From the sequence record MK799832.1: a DNA stretch of 64,000 nt. One strand, written 5' to 3'. Shown piece after piece: positions 39,053 to 46,805 of the stretch. The notes under the pieces were generated by a model. The model worked only from the letters and a program-made list of their open reading frames with translations. It ran no database searches and was not told the origin of the DNA. How positions within the stretch are numbered: the first letter of the stretch is position 1; each line of letters opens with the position of its first letter. The position numbers and the translations under genes were made by a program.

Positions 39053-39602
39053 ATGAACCGAGACAGAATTGTCTGAGTTTCCGAGTAATAGAGGGTGCAG
39101 TGATGTCTTCCGACACAACATATGCCTCTAATTCTTCCAGAATAGTATCTTCATGAAGACCCTTGGCTTTCAGTCGCGAACGTAACTGAGCAAGACGTTC
39201 TTCATCATAAGATGGAGACAAAGACAAGAATTTAGCAAGTTCTTCTTCATTGAACATCGTTGTAGTTTTACCATCAGCAATATAACCACTTGCACAATCT
39301 TGGATTACATGATGTGCCTCATGTCGCAGTGTGTTGTAGTCATTCTCAGTCCATTTGTATTGTTTATTTGAACCTGGAATCATCTTGTCTTGACAGATAA
39401 CTAACATTCCAGAATAAGGATAGTAAATACCATCCATTTTCTTTCTGTCATTACAATGATTGAGATGATTGACCAAAGTAACTACACCAAGGTCTTGCAA
39501 AGTGTTCCACAATTCATTATGGTCATCATGAATGTCAGCCTTGGCAATACCAGGATTGAGAACTGTGGTTGCTGCGAGAAGAGAAAGGAATAGTTTTTTC
39601 AT
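39051..39602 (-). CDS. Putative exported zincin-like metallopeptidase
   Basis: Signal-peptide-like MKKLFLSLLAATTVLNPGIAKA; TLRHEAHHVIQDC (HExxH) with a distal EELEAY. Confidence 0.6.
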   Translation of the reverse strand: MKKLFLSLLAATTVLNPGIAKADIHDDHNELWNTLQDLGVVTLVNHLNHCNDRKKMDGIYYPYSGMLVICQDKMIPGSNKQYKWTENDYNTLRHEAHHVIQDCASGYIADGKTTTMFNEEELAKFLSLSPSYDEERLAQLRSRLKAKGLHEDTILEELEAYVVSEDITAPSITRKLRQFCLGS

Positions 39603-39607
39603 GTTAA

Positions 39608-39859
39608 TCAGAAGTCAGGTCCAAGAATTTGCATAATATCAGCAGGATCAGTACTGCCGAGATAAGTCTCAGTAAAGAGAATTGCTAGTTCTCTACTACC
39701 AAACTCAATCTCTACATTATCCCAGATCCTGTCATTATATACTTTGACAGTGATAGGTTGAACACCCGATTCTTCAATTGTTTCAGAAATATTAAAATAA
39801 ATGTCATCACCATCACTACAATCAAAGTCATAAGTGACTTTTACAGTTGACATAATCAT
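39608..39859 (-). CDS. Acidic hypothetical protein, about 81 aa
   Basis: ORF track; coupled to the upstream ORF. Confidence 0.65.
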   Translation of the reverse strand: MIMSTVKVTYDFDCSDGDDIYFNISETIEESGVQPITVKVYNDRIWDNVEIEFGSRELAILFTETYLGSTDPADIMQILGPDF

Positions 39860-40095
39860 TTTGATTCCTCCAGAGTAATAGTACGATACTGATTGATAAT
39901 AGTCTCTAGATTATCAATACAATATTGCATTGTGGCACGAGAGTAACCAGTAGCATAAGGATAACCCTGATCAGGATTATTCAATGCATCATGGGATACA
40001 TTCACTCCATCTTGAAGACTTTCGATGATTGTGATTAGTTTGGTGTCGATGTTCATGATAGGTAATAAAAAACCGCTGTAGGGGATCAGAGACAC
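39856..40095 (-). CDS. Hypothetical protein (true start probably MNIDTK)
   Basis: ORF track; contains GYPYATGYSRATM. Confidence 0.65.
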   Translation of the reverse strand: MSLIPYSGFLLPIMNIDTKLITIIESLQDGVNVSHDALNNPDQGYPYATGYSRATMQYCIDNLETIINQYRTITLEESK

Positions 40096-40112
40096 CTTAC
40101 AGCGGAGAATAG

Positions 40113-40322
40113 TCAGACAGTGGTCTTAGGACCAAACTCACGTTGATAAGAATCTTTCACATACTCAACAGTTTGTTGAATGAAAGGCTTGACATAATCA
40201 ACGAGTTGTTTTACATCTTCAATGAGCTTGTTAGTCTCATACTGATGAATCTCCCAACGTACTTTGATGTCGGCAAGATACTGTTGACGAGTAATAAGAA
40301 CTTGAGGAGTGGTTTGAGTCAT
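40113..40322 (-). CDS. Hypothetical protein, 69 aa
   Basis: First gene after motif copy 12. Confidence 0.7.
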   Translation of the reverse strand: MTQTTPQVLITRQQYLADIKVRWEIHQYETNKLIEDVKQLVDYVKPFIQQTVEYVKDSYQREFGPKTTV

Positions 40323-40328
40323 AGAAGT

Positions 40329-40369
40329 GTGGTCTCTACACTATAGGGGACATTTGGAGGTGAGTAATT
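40329..40369 (-). promoter_or_regulatory. Repeated motif, copy 12
   Basis: AATTACTCACCTCCAAATGTCCCCTATAGTGTAGAGACCAC. Confidence 0.8.
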
Positions 40370-40372
40370 CTG

Positions 40373-40500
40373 TCACCTCTTCTTTTTCTTGAGTTTGTTA
40401 ATCAATGTCATCGCAGATTGTCTGTTACGACATACTTTAACCACCACACCATTGTGAACAAACACAAGTTTAGTTGTTGAACCAACCAGTGGAATTGCAG
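40373..40500 (-). pseudogene. 5'-truncated small ORF cut by the strand-switch junction
   Basis: Frame ...AIPLVGSTTKLVFVHNGVVVKVCRNRQSAMTLINKLKKKKR* ends 3 nt before motif copy 12 like the other cassette genes, but has no ATG at its 5' end. Confidence 0.55.
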
Positions 40501-40582
40501 TTATGCTGATAATGATACAATTGAGTCCGAAGCAGATGTAATTATAGACTTCTCATCAAGTAATCCATTCGGTATGCCCTAA
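40501..40582 (+). other. gp14: Orphan 3' end of gp14 (copy B of the repeat plus the missing 12 codons and stop)
   Basis: Translates YADNDTIESEADVIIDFSSSNPFGMP*, the continuation of the gp14 frame that leaves the window at position 1. Confidence 0.92.
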
Positions 40583-40606
40583 ATAAAGGTATAGTGCTTC
40601 AAAATA

Positions 40607-41605
40607 ATGTTTGAGTATTTTTACAACGAGATCTTTAGATCCGTAATTATTGGATTTGGTTCCCTTTTTAATGGTATTCAAATCAAACATAAGGATGAGA
40701 ATGATGATACTCAGAGTATTATCAAAGTTCCTCTTGCTTATGGACCAACTCAGAAGTTTCTGGCAAGACTGAAACAGAATCCTGATTTGAATCATCCAGT
40801 TCAAATGACACTTCCCAGGATGTCATTTGAATTTACGAATCTCGCATACGATCCGTCAAGAAAGTCTACTCAAACACAGCAGTTTGTTGTAACATCAGCT
40901 GATGGTACAGAAGAAAGGAAGTCATATCTCCCAGTACCATATAATATGACAATCACTCTTTCAGTTTATACAAAACTGAATGATGATATGCTTCAAATTG
41001 TTGAACAGATTGTTCCATATTTCCAACCTGGTTATACTCTCCCTATCAAGTTTTTAGGTAACTTCAAAGAAGTTATGAATGTCCCCGTTGTACTTGACAA
41101 CATTGACATGACTGATGAGTATGAAGGTAACTTTGATACAAGAAGAGCTCTACTCTATACTTTCACATTTACTGCAAAGACCTATGTCTTCGGTCCTCTG
41201 AAGGATGTCTCTAACGATATCATTAAGAAGGTTACTGTTGGATACATTGCTGGATCCAAGTCCAATAAGTATGAGAGAGATGTTACTTATCAGGTCACAC
41301 CAAGAGCTATCAAAGATTATGATGGTGTAGTAGCAACATTACTTGCTGAAAATGTTGATATGAATGAAACTGTGATTGATGTTGAAAATGGTTCAGCAAT
41401 TCCAGAAGGTTCTTACATCTATATTGACCAAGAAGAGATGTATGTTGAGACCGTAGCAGACAATAAGTTGGTGGTAAGGAGAGCTGAAGATAAGTCTCCT
41501 CTTCAGAACCACGTTCTTGGTTCCAAGGTCTACACTATTAATAACAATGACAATGTACAGATAGAACTTGGAGACGATTTCGGGTTTGATGGTAATGTCT
41601 TCTGA
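40607..41605 (+). CDS. gp15: Tail sheath stabiliser/completion protein gp15
   Basis: YFYNEIFRSVIIGFGSLFN, KVPLAYGPTQKFLARL, LPRMSFE and QIVEQIVPYFQP motifs. Confidence 0.95.
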   Translation: MFEYFYNEIFRSVIIGFGSLFNGIQIKHKDENDDTQSIIKVPLAYGPTQKFLARLKQNPDLNHPVQMTLPRMSFEFTNLAYDPSRKSTQTQQFVVTSADGTEERKSYLPVPYNMTITLSVYTKLNDDMLQIVEQIVPYFQPGYTLPIKFLGNFKEVMNVPVVLDNIDMTDEYEGNFDTRRALLYTFTFTAKTYVFGPLKDVSNDIIKKVTVGYIAGSKSNKYERDVTYQVTPRAIKDYDGVVATLLAENVDMNETVIDVENGSAIPEGSYIYIDQEEMYVETVADNKLVVRRAEDKSPLQNHVLGSKVYTINNNDNVQIELGDDFGFDGNVF

Positions 41606-41614
41606 GGTTAACCC

Positions 41615-42043
41615 ATGGATAAGTATGAAAAGCTCAACGAAACATTTGATGTCGAACCGATTGAAGTTAAGACAGAAAAGAAGGATGATGTCGAAAGACA
41701 AATCACAAAATTTGAAAACTCCAACGAAGATATCCGTAAAGACTACGAGTATACTAGGGGTAATTTATATTCGATCATTGAAAAAGGACAAGAAGCAATC
41801 AACGGTATCTTAGAACTTGCTCAAGAGAGTGAAATGCCTCGTGCATATGAAGTTGCAGGTCAGTTGATTAAGAATGTCTCTGACGCAACTGATAAATTGA
41901 TGGATTTACAGAAAAAACTTAAAGATGTAAATGAGGAAGATAAGAAGGGACCTACTTCTGTAACTAATAATGCACTTTTTGTTGGCAGTACAGCAGATTT
42001 GCAAAAAATGTTGAAAAACGTCAACAAAGATCTAAATAGTTAA
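41615..42043 (+). CDS. gp16: Terminase small subunit gp16
   Basis: DYEYTRGNLYSIIEKGQEAI...PRAYEVAGQLIK...NNALFVGSTADLQKML; follows gp15. Confidence 0.88.
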   Translation: MDKYEKLNETFDVEPIEVKTEKKDDVERQITKFENSNEDIRKDYEYTRGNLYSIIEKGQEAINGILELAQESEMPRAYEVAGQLIKNVSDATDKLMDLQKKLKDVNEEDKKGPTSVTNNALFVGSTADLQKMLKNVNKDLNS

Positions 42044-42054
42044 AAAGATAAGAG

Positions 42055-42390
42055 ATGGCCGCTACTCCTGTTGTCAACATAGTCATTGCTCAAGGCACAG
42101 ACTTCAGTGAAAGTTTTACTTCTACTGAATCTGATGGAACTGCATCTAATTTGAGTGGATTCTCTGGTGTATCTAAAATTAAAAAGTATCCAGGTTCACC
42201 ATCATCCGAATCATTTTCTGTCTCTATTGTTGGACTAACTGGTGAAGTTTCAATTGCAATGACAGCAGGCAAAACCGTAAATCTGAAACCAGGTAGATAT
42301 TATTATGATGTAGTATTGACATCTGGTAGTGGTGCGGTTTCAAGAATGGTAGAGGGGTCTGCTATGGTAACCGCTGGTATTTCGACCTAA
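42055..42390 (+). CDS. Small virion-associated beta-sandwich-like protein
   Basis: NIVIAQGTDFSESF...GRYYYDVVLT...RMVEGSAMVTAGIS pattern. Confidence 0.7.
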   Translation: MAATPVVNIVIAQGTDFSESFTSTESDGTASNLSGFSGVSKIKKYPGSPSSESFSVSIVGLTGEVSIAMTAGKTVNLKPGRYYYDVVLTSGSGAVSRMVEGSAMVTAGIST

Positions 42391-42716
42391 TGGCAACTGT
42401 AAGAAAAGGTGCCTCTGGTGCCAAGAGTATCTCTAAAAAACAAACAGTAACATCCACAGTCAGAAATGTAAGACAACCGACCACCATTGGTGACATGGCT
42501 GACACAAATTTTGGTGTCCTTGATGAAACAAAAGATGGTTTATTTGTCACGTTTAATAATGTGACTAAAACATTTGAACTGACTACAGCAGACACATTAC
42601 TTTCAAGAGCAACTGAAGACTCTGATCTCCCAGATGAGTTCATTTCACAAGTTGAATCTGAGATTAATCTTGGTGACATTGGTGATCTTGGTGATATTGA
42701 TGGAGGTGGATTCTAA
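42390..42716 (+). CDS. Acidic hypothetical protein ending DGGGF
   Basis: ORF track; paralogous to the next ORF. Confidence 0.75.
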   Translation: MATVRKGASGAKSISKKQTVTSTVRNVRQPTTIGDMADTNFGVLDETKDGLFVTFNNVTKTFELTTADTLLSRATEDSDLPDEFISQVESEINLGDIGDLGDIDGGGF

Positions 42717-42955
42717 TGCCATTAAGAATAGTCGATACCTCAGATATTTCTTCAGAGGATAGAAACATTCCTGCAGTTCTTCAATACGATGCAGCTGCAG
42801 GAAGATTTAGGTTGAAACATATAGTTAATAACTCATCAATTCTGACATTAGCAGTCGAAGATAATGATTTGGATGATTCTTTTATGGCTCAACTTGAGAC
42901 TGAACTTGATACAGATAAAATCACCACAAGAAGATATGACGGTGGATCGTTCTAA
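42716..42955 (+). CDS. Acidic hypothetical protein ending DGGSF
   Basis: ORF track; shares A(T/V)EDxDLxDxFxxQxExE with the previous ORF. Confidence 0.75.
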   Translation: MPLRIVDTSDISSEDRNIPAVLQYDAAAGRFRLKHIVNNSSILTLAVEDNDLDDSFMAQLETELDTDKITTRRYDGGSF

Positions 42956-43008
42956 TTCTAAATAATATTATAAAAAGTGTATCTTTATACGAAGAAGGAG
43001 GGTAGCTC

Positions 43009-44901
43009 GTGGCAGCACCAGTAATTCAGTTTAAGAGAGGTGTATTAGCCAACCTCCCTGCCCTTCGTGCGGGTGAGCCTGGTTTTACAACCGATTCATA
43101 TGATTTGTATGTTGGTGTAAACTCTACCAGTGCATTAAACCAATTTGTTGGTTCTGGTAGATATTGGTCAGTAGGTACTGCATCCACTGGTAGTGGTGTA
43201 AAGCTTGTCGAAGGTACAAGTAATGGAACCAATGCAATCACCATCAAGGCACCAAATAGCCTTTCTGGTGATCTGACCTATACTATGCCAGGAACCGATG
43301 GTTCTAATGGTGATGCATTAGTAACGGATGGTTCGGGTAACCTTTCTTTCAGCACAATCAATTCCACTATCACTCTGGCAGCAGATAGTGGTGCTAATGA
43401 CACCTATACTACTGGTGAAACTCTTACCTTCACAGGTACATCAAATGAGATTGTTACTACTGTATCTAACAATACAATAACATTCTCACAACCTAATGAT
43501 GTAACCATTGGTAATGATCTCACAGTTACTAATAACATCGCTGTTACTGGTACTGTTGATGGAAGAGATATTGCTGATGATGGAGCTGCAATTGATAACT
43601 TAGTAACAACCACTGGTGTTGCTAAAGACTCAACTCACCTCGGAACCTTCACTGGTTCAACCATCAGTGATAATGGTACTATCAAGGCAGCACTTCAAGA
43701 AGTTGAAACTTCTCTTGAAACTGTAACTGGTGGTAATGCTGCTGCAGCAACTGTTGCTGTTGCTGCAACGACTACTGATGCATCACACTTCTTGACTTTT
43801 GTTGATGCTAACAATGCATCTAAGACACAAGAAGCACTTCATACTGACGCTGGTGTTTATTATAATCCCTCCAGCAACACTCTGACAGCAGCCAACATTA
43901 GTGGTACTTTGACTGGTAATGTTACTGGTAACGTTACTGGTACAGCAACCACTGCTACTAATGTTTCGTTCTTACCAGAACTGTCCAGCTCTACAACACA
44001 CTTTGTTGCATTTGGTGCACAAACATTAACAGGCACCGATTTAAAGCGTGATACTGGATTAACATATGTACCTTCCACTAATACTTTAGGTGTTACAGTT
44101 GCTGACATTGGTACTGCAACCATTGACAGTTTAACAATTACCAGTGGAACTGCAATCACATCTGTTGATACTGATCTTACATCTGTATCTGGATCTGATG
44201 ATACTCTTGCTTCAGCTAAGGCTATCAAGGCATACGTTGATTCTCAAGTAACTGCACAGGATCTTGACCTCGCTGGTGATTCTGGAACTGGTGCTGTTGA
44301 CCTCGACTCTCAGTCACTGACTATTGCTGGTACTTCAAACGAAGTTGAAACTTCTGCATCTGGTCAGACTGTCACCATCGGTCTTCCTGCAGCTGTTACC
44401 GTTACAACCTCAGTAACAACTCCAACTGTCAAGGCAAGTGCAGTTCAAGCAAATGATGGTACTTCTGCTATCGCTATCACCGATTCAACTGGTGCTGTTG
44501 AATGTGCTCAAAACCTGACTGTTCAAGGTAACCTGATTGTTAATGGTTCTACCACACAGGTCAATACTTCACAAACAACCATTGAAGACCAACTCCTGGA
44601 ACTGGGTATGGTTGATGGTTCTGCACCATCTTCTGACCTGAATAAGGATATTGGTGTTATCTTCAACTACTTCACATCTTCTGCTAAGAAGGCCGCAGTA
44701 TACTGGGATGACTCAACTTCAAGAATTGTTGTTTCATCTGATGTATCCGAATCTTCAGGTGTTCTAACTTCAGCTACAGCTGGTGCTCTTGAAATTGGTT
44801 CTCTCCATATTGGTGGATGTAGTGGTGTTCAGGAAGTTATCAAGTGTTCGAGTGGTGAGGTTCTGATTGAGAATGCAACCATCGATGGTGGCACATTCTG
44901 A
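43009..44901 (+). CDS. Tail-fibre-like structural protein ending DGGTF (GTG start)
   Basis: IQFKRG...L.AGEPGFTTD N-terminal fibre motif; Thr/Gly/Ser-rich with repeated LAADSG/LAGDSG...TSNEIVT/TSNEVET modules. Confidence 0.75.
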   Translation: MAAPVIQFKRGVLANLPALRAGEPGFTTDSYDLYVGVNSTSALNQFVGSGRYWSVGTASTGSGVKLVEGTSNGTNAITIKAPNSLSGDLTYTMPGTDGSNGDALVTDGSGNLSFSTINSTITLAADSGANDTYTTGETLTFTGTSNEIVTTVSNNTITFSQPNDVTIGNDLTVTNNIAVTGTVDGRDIADDGAAIDNLVTTTGVAKDSTHLGTFTGSTISDNGTIKAALQEVETSLETVTGGNAAAATVAVAATTTDASHFLTFVDANNASKTQEALHTDAGVYYNPSSNTLTAANISGTLTGNVTGNVTGTATTATNVSFLPELSSSTTHFVAFGAQTLTGTDLKRDTGLTYVPSTNTLGVTVADIGTATIDSLTITSGTAITSVDTDLTSVSGSDDTLASAKAIKAYVDSQVTAQDLDLAGDSGTGAVDLDSQSLTIAGTSNEVETSASGQTVTIGLPAAVTVTTSVTTPTVKASAVQANDGTSAIAITDSTGAVECAQNLTVQGNLIVNGSTTQVNTSQTTIEDQLLELGMVDGSAPSSDLNKDIGVIFNYFTSSAKKAAVYWDDSTSRIVVSSDVSESSGVLTSATAGALEIGSLHIGGCSGVQEVIKCSSGEVLIENATIDGGTF

Positions 44902-44922
44902 ACCTAAAATTATAAAATAAAT

Positions 44923-44949
44923 AAGAGGGTAGCAATACCCTCTTTTTTT
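44923..44949 (+). terminator. Rho-independent terminator
   Basis: AAGAGGGTA-GCAA-TACCCTCTT followed by a T run. Confidence 0.9.
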
Positions 44950-45186
44950 ATGAATGAAAATGATGTAAAGTATTTGATTTCATCATATCAAACTACTTCT
45001 AATGACTTGTTCACCCAGTCGATTGCAACAAATGCAAAGATCAGACAGTTGAATGATTTGGTTGAAGCACTCACGGCAAAGGTCAGAGAACAAGAAGCAC
45101 AGATAGAATCTTTAAAGTCTGCGGACCAAAAACCTAAGACTACTAGAGCAAAGAAGACCACTGGTGACGGTGGTACGTTCGAATAA
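44950..45186 (+). CDS. Small coiled-coil protein ending DGGTFE
   Basis: ORF track; heptad-like middle section. Confidence 0.75.
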   Translation: MNENDVKYLISSYQTTSNDLFTQSIATNAKIRQLNDLVEALTAKVREQEAQIESLKSADQKPKTTRAKKTTGDGGTFE

Positions 45187-45235
45187 ATATTAATACACTT
45201 ATATAAGTGTTTTACGGTATATACCAGGTGTTATA

Positions 45236-46789
45236 ATGGCGGCTCCAAAGGTAAAGTTTAAGCGCTCATCTGTAGCGGGAAAGATTCCTGCACTCTCGAA
45301 TCTGGAGACGGGCGAATTAGCACTTAATACTTACGACGGTAAATTATTTTTAAAAGTAGATACTGGTGGTATTGGTATTGGAACCACCGTATCTACTGTT
45401 AATCCCTGGACGGAAAACTATGGTGCGTCAGGGATAAGTTATGGTGGTCAAGTAGATATAACTGGTGTTACCACATTCAGAAGTGATGTAAATTTTGATG
45501 GAGGAATTGTCTCTGCAGGAATTGTCACTGCACTTAGATATGAATCCACACAGGGAGGTATAAGTAATTTCTATGCAGGTAACGAAGCAGGAAGTAATGC
45601 TGGATCAGGTGCCGTTCAAAACACTGGTGTTGGTCAAAACGCATTACAAGATCTAACCACTGGAGACTATAATAGTTCCTTTGGAGCATCATCTGGTTTA
45701 AACATTACTGAAGGTTATAGTAACGTTACTATCGGTGCATATTCTGGTGACACTTTGACAACAGGTTATGAAAATACACTTGTTGGAACTAATGCTGGAG
45801 GAACTTTAGACTCTGGTAGAATAAGAAATACTTTTATTGGTGCAAATTCTGGATATGCAGCAAATAATGCTGATTATGGTACTTTTGTAGGACACTCTGC
45901 TGGTTACAATTGTGAAGGTGACTATAATGTTGCCCTTGGATATCAAGCAGGTTATAATTCATCATCAAGTTATGCAATCAATATTGGTGCATATGCAGGC
46001 ACTAATTCTTCAAATAGTTTATATAATATTTCTATTGGATATGTTGCTGGAAATGATTTAGAGGGAACTGGTAATATTGCTCTTGGTTATGAGACTTTAA
46101 GATATCATAATGGGGGTGGTGATTATAATATTGCCTTAGGATATCAAGCCAAAAGACTTGATGGATCTGATAGTAGTTATAATGTTGCTATCGGTTATCA
46201 GGCAATGTATGGTGCTAGTGATACGACTGGTGACTACAATATTGCTATTGGTAATCAGGCAGGACATGATATTACTTCAGGAAGTGGTAATATTTTATTA
46301 GGAAGTCAGGCGGGAGATTCTATAACCTCGGGATCTAGTAATGTTGTTATTGTTGGTGGAGAGGGATCGACAATTGATGTTGATAGTGCCACGGAAGATG
46401 GACAACTTGTCATAGGTTATGGTTCAACTTCATGGATAACTGGAAATAAAGATAGAGAAGTAACGATCGCTGGAGTTGCAACGGTATATGGTGCTACTGG
46501 GATCATAAGTGCAACAAAATATTATGGTGATGGTTCAAGTCTAACTGGTATCTCTGCTGGTGCAGGTGGTACTGAAAATGTATCATCAAATACTACTATC
46601 TCAGGAATTATTACTGCATCTTCACAGTTCTATCCACCAACACTAACAACGTCCGAGAGAGATGCATTAACTGTAACTCAAGGTGCATTGATTTTTAATA
46701 CGACCGAGAACAAAGTACAGATGTATCTTGGTTCTGAATGGAAATCATTAGCATTCGAACTGAATACCTATACATCAATCGGTATCTGA
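45236..46789 (+). CDS. Fibre/adhesin-like protein with YadA-head-type repeats
   Basis: KFKRS...GELALNTYDGKLF N-terminus; many N-x-A-(L/I)-G-Y-x-A repeats of about 14 aa; GDGSSLTG motif. Confidence 0.72.
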   Translation: MAAPKVKFKRSSVAGKIPALSNLETGELALNTYDGKLFLKVDTGGIGIGTTVSTVNPWTENYGASGISYGGQVDITGVTTFRSDVNFDGGIVSAGIVTALRYESTQGGISNFYAGNEAGSNAGSGAVQNTGVGQNALQDLTTGDYNSSFGASSGLNITEGYSNVTIGAYSGDTLTTGYENTLVGTNAGGTLDSGRIRNTFIGANSGYAANNADYGTFVGHSAGYNCEGDYNVALGYQAGYNSSSSYAINIGAYAGTNSSNSLYNISIGYVAGNDLEGTGNIALGYETLRYHNGGGDYNIALGYQAKRLDGSDSSYNVAIGYQAMYGASDTTGDYNIAIGNQAGHDITSGSGNILLGSQAGDSITSGSSNVVIVGGEGSTIDVDSATEDGQLVIGYGSTSWITGNKDREVTIAGVATVYGATGIISATKYYGDGSSLTGISAGAGGTENVSSNTTISGIITASSQFYPPTLTTSERDALTVTQGALIFNTTENKVQMYLGSEWKSLAFELNTYTSIGI

Positions 46790-46805
46790 TAAATAATTAA
46801 AATCT

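Noticed and set aside
31676-40369. CRISPR array interpretation of the 12 repeats
   Set aside because: The spacers are 0.5-1.3 kb and protein-coding, the repeats are degenerate, and no cas genes are present.
40556-40804. 82-aa minus-strand ORF across the junction side
   Set aside because: Antisense to gp15 and the gp14 tail.
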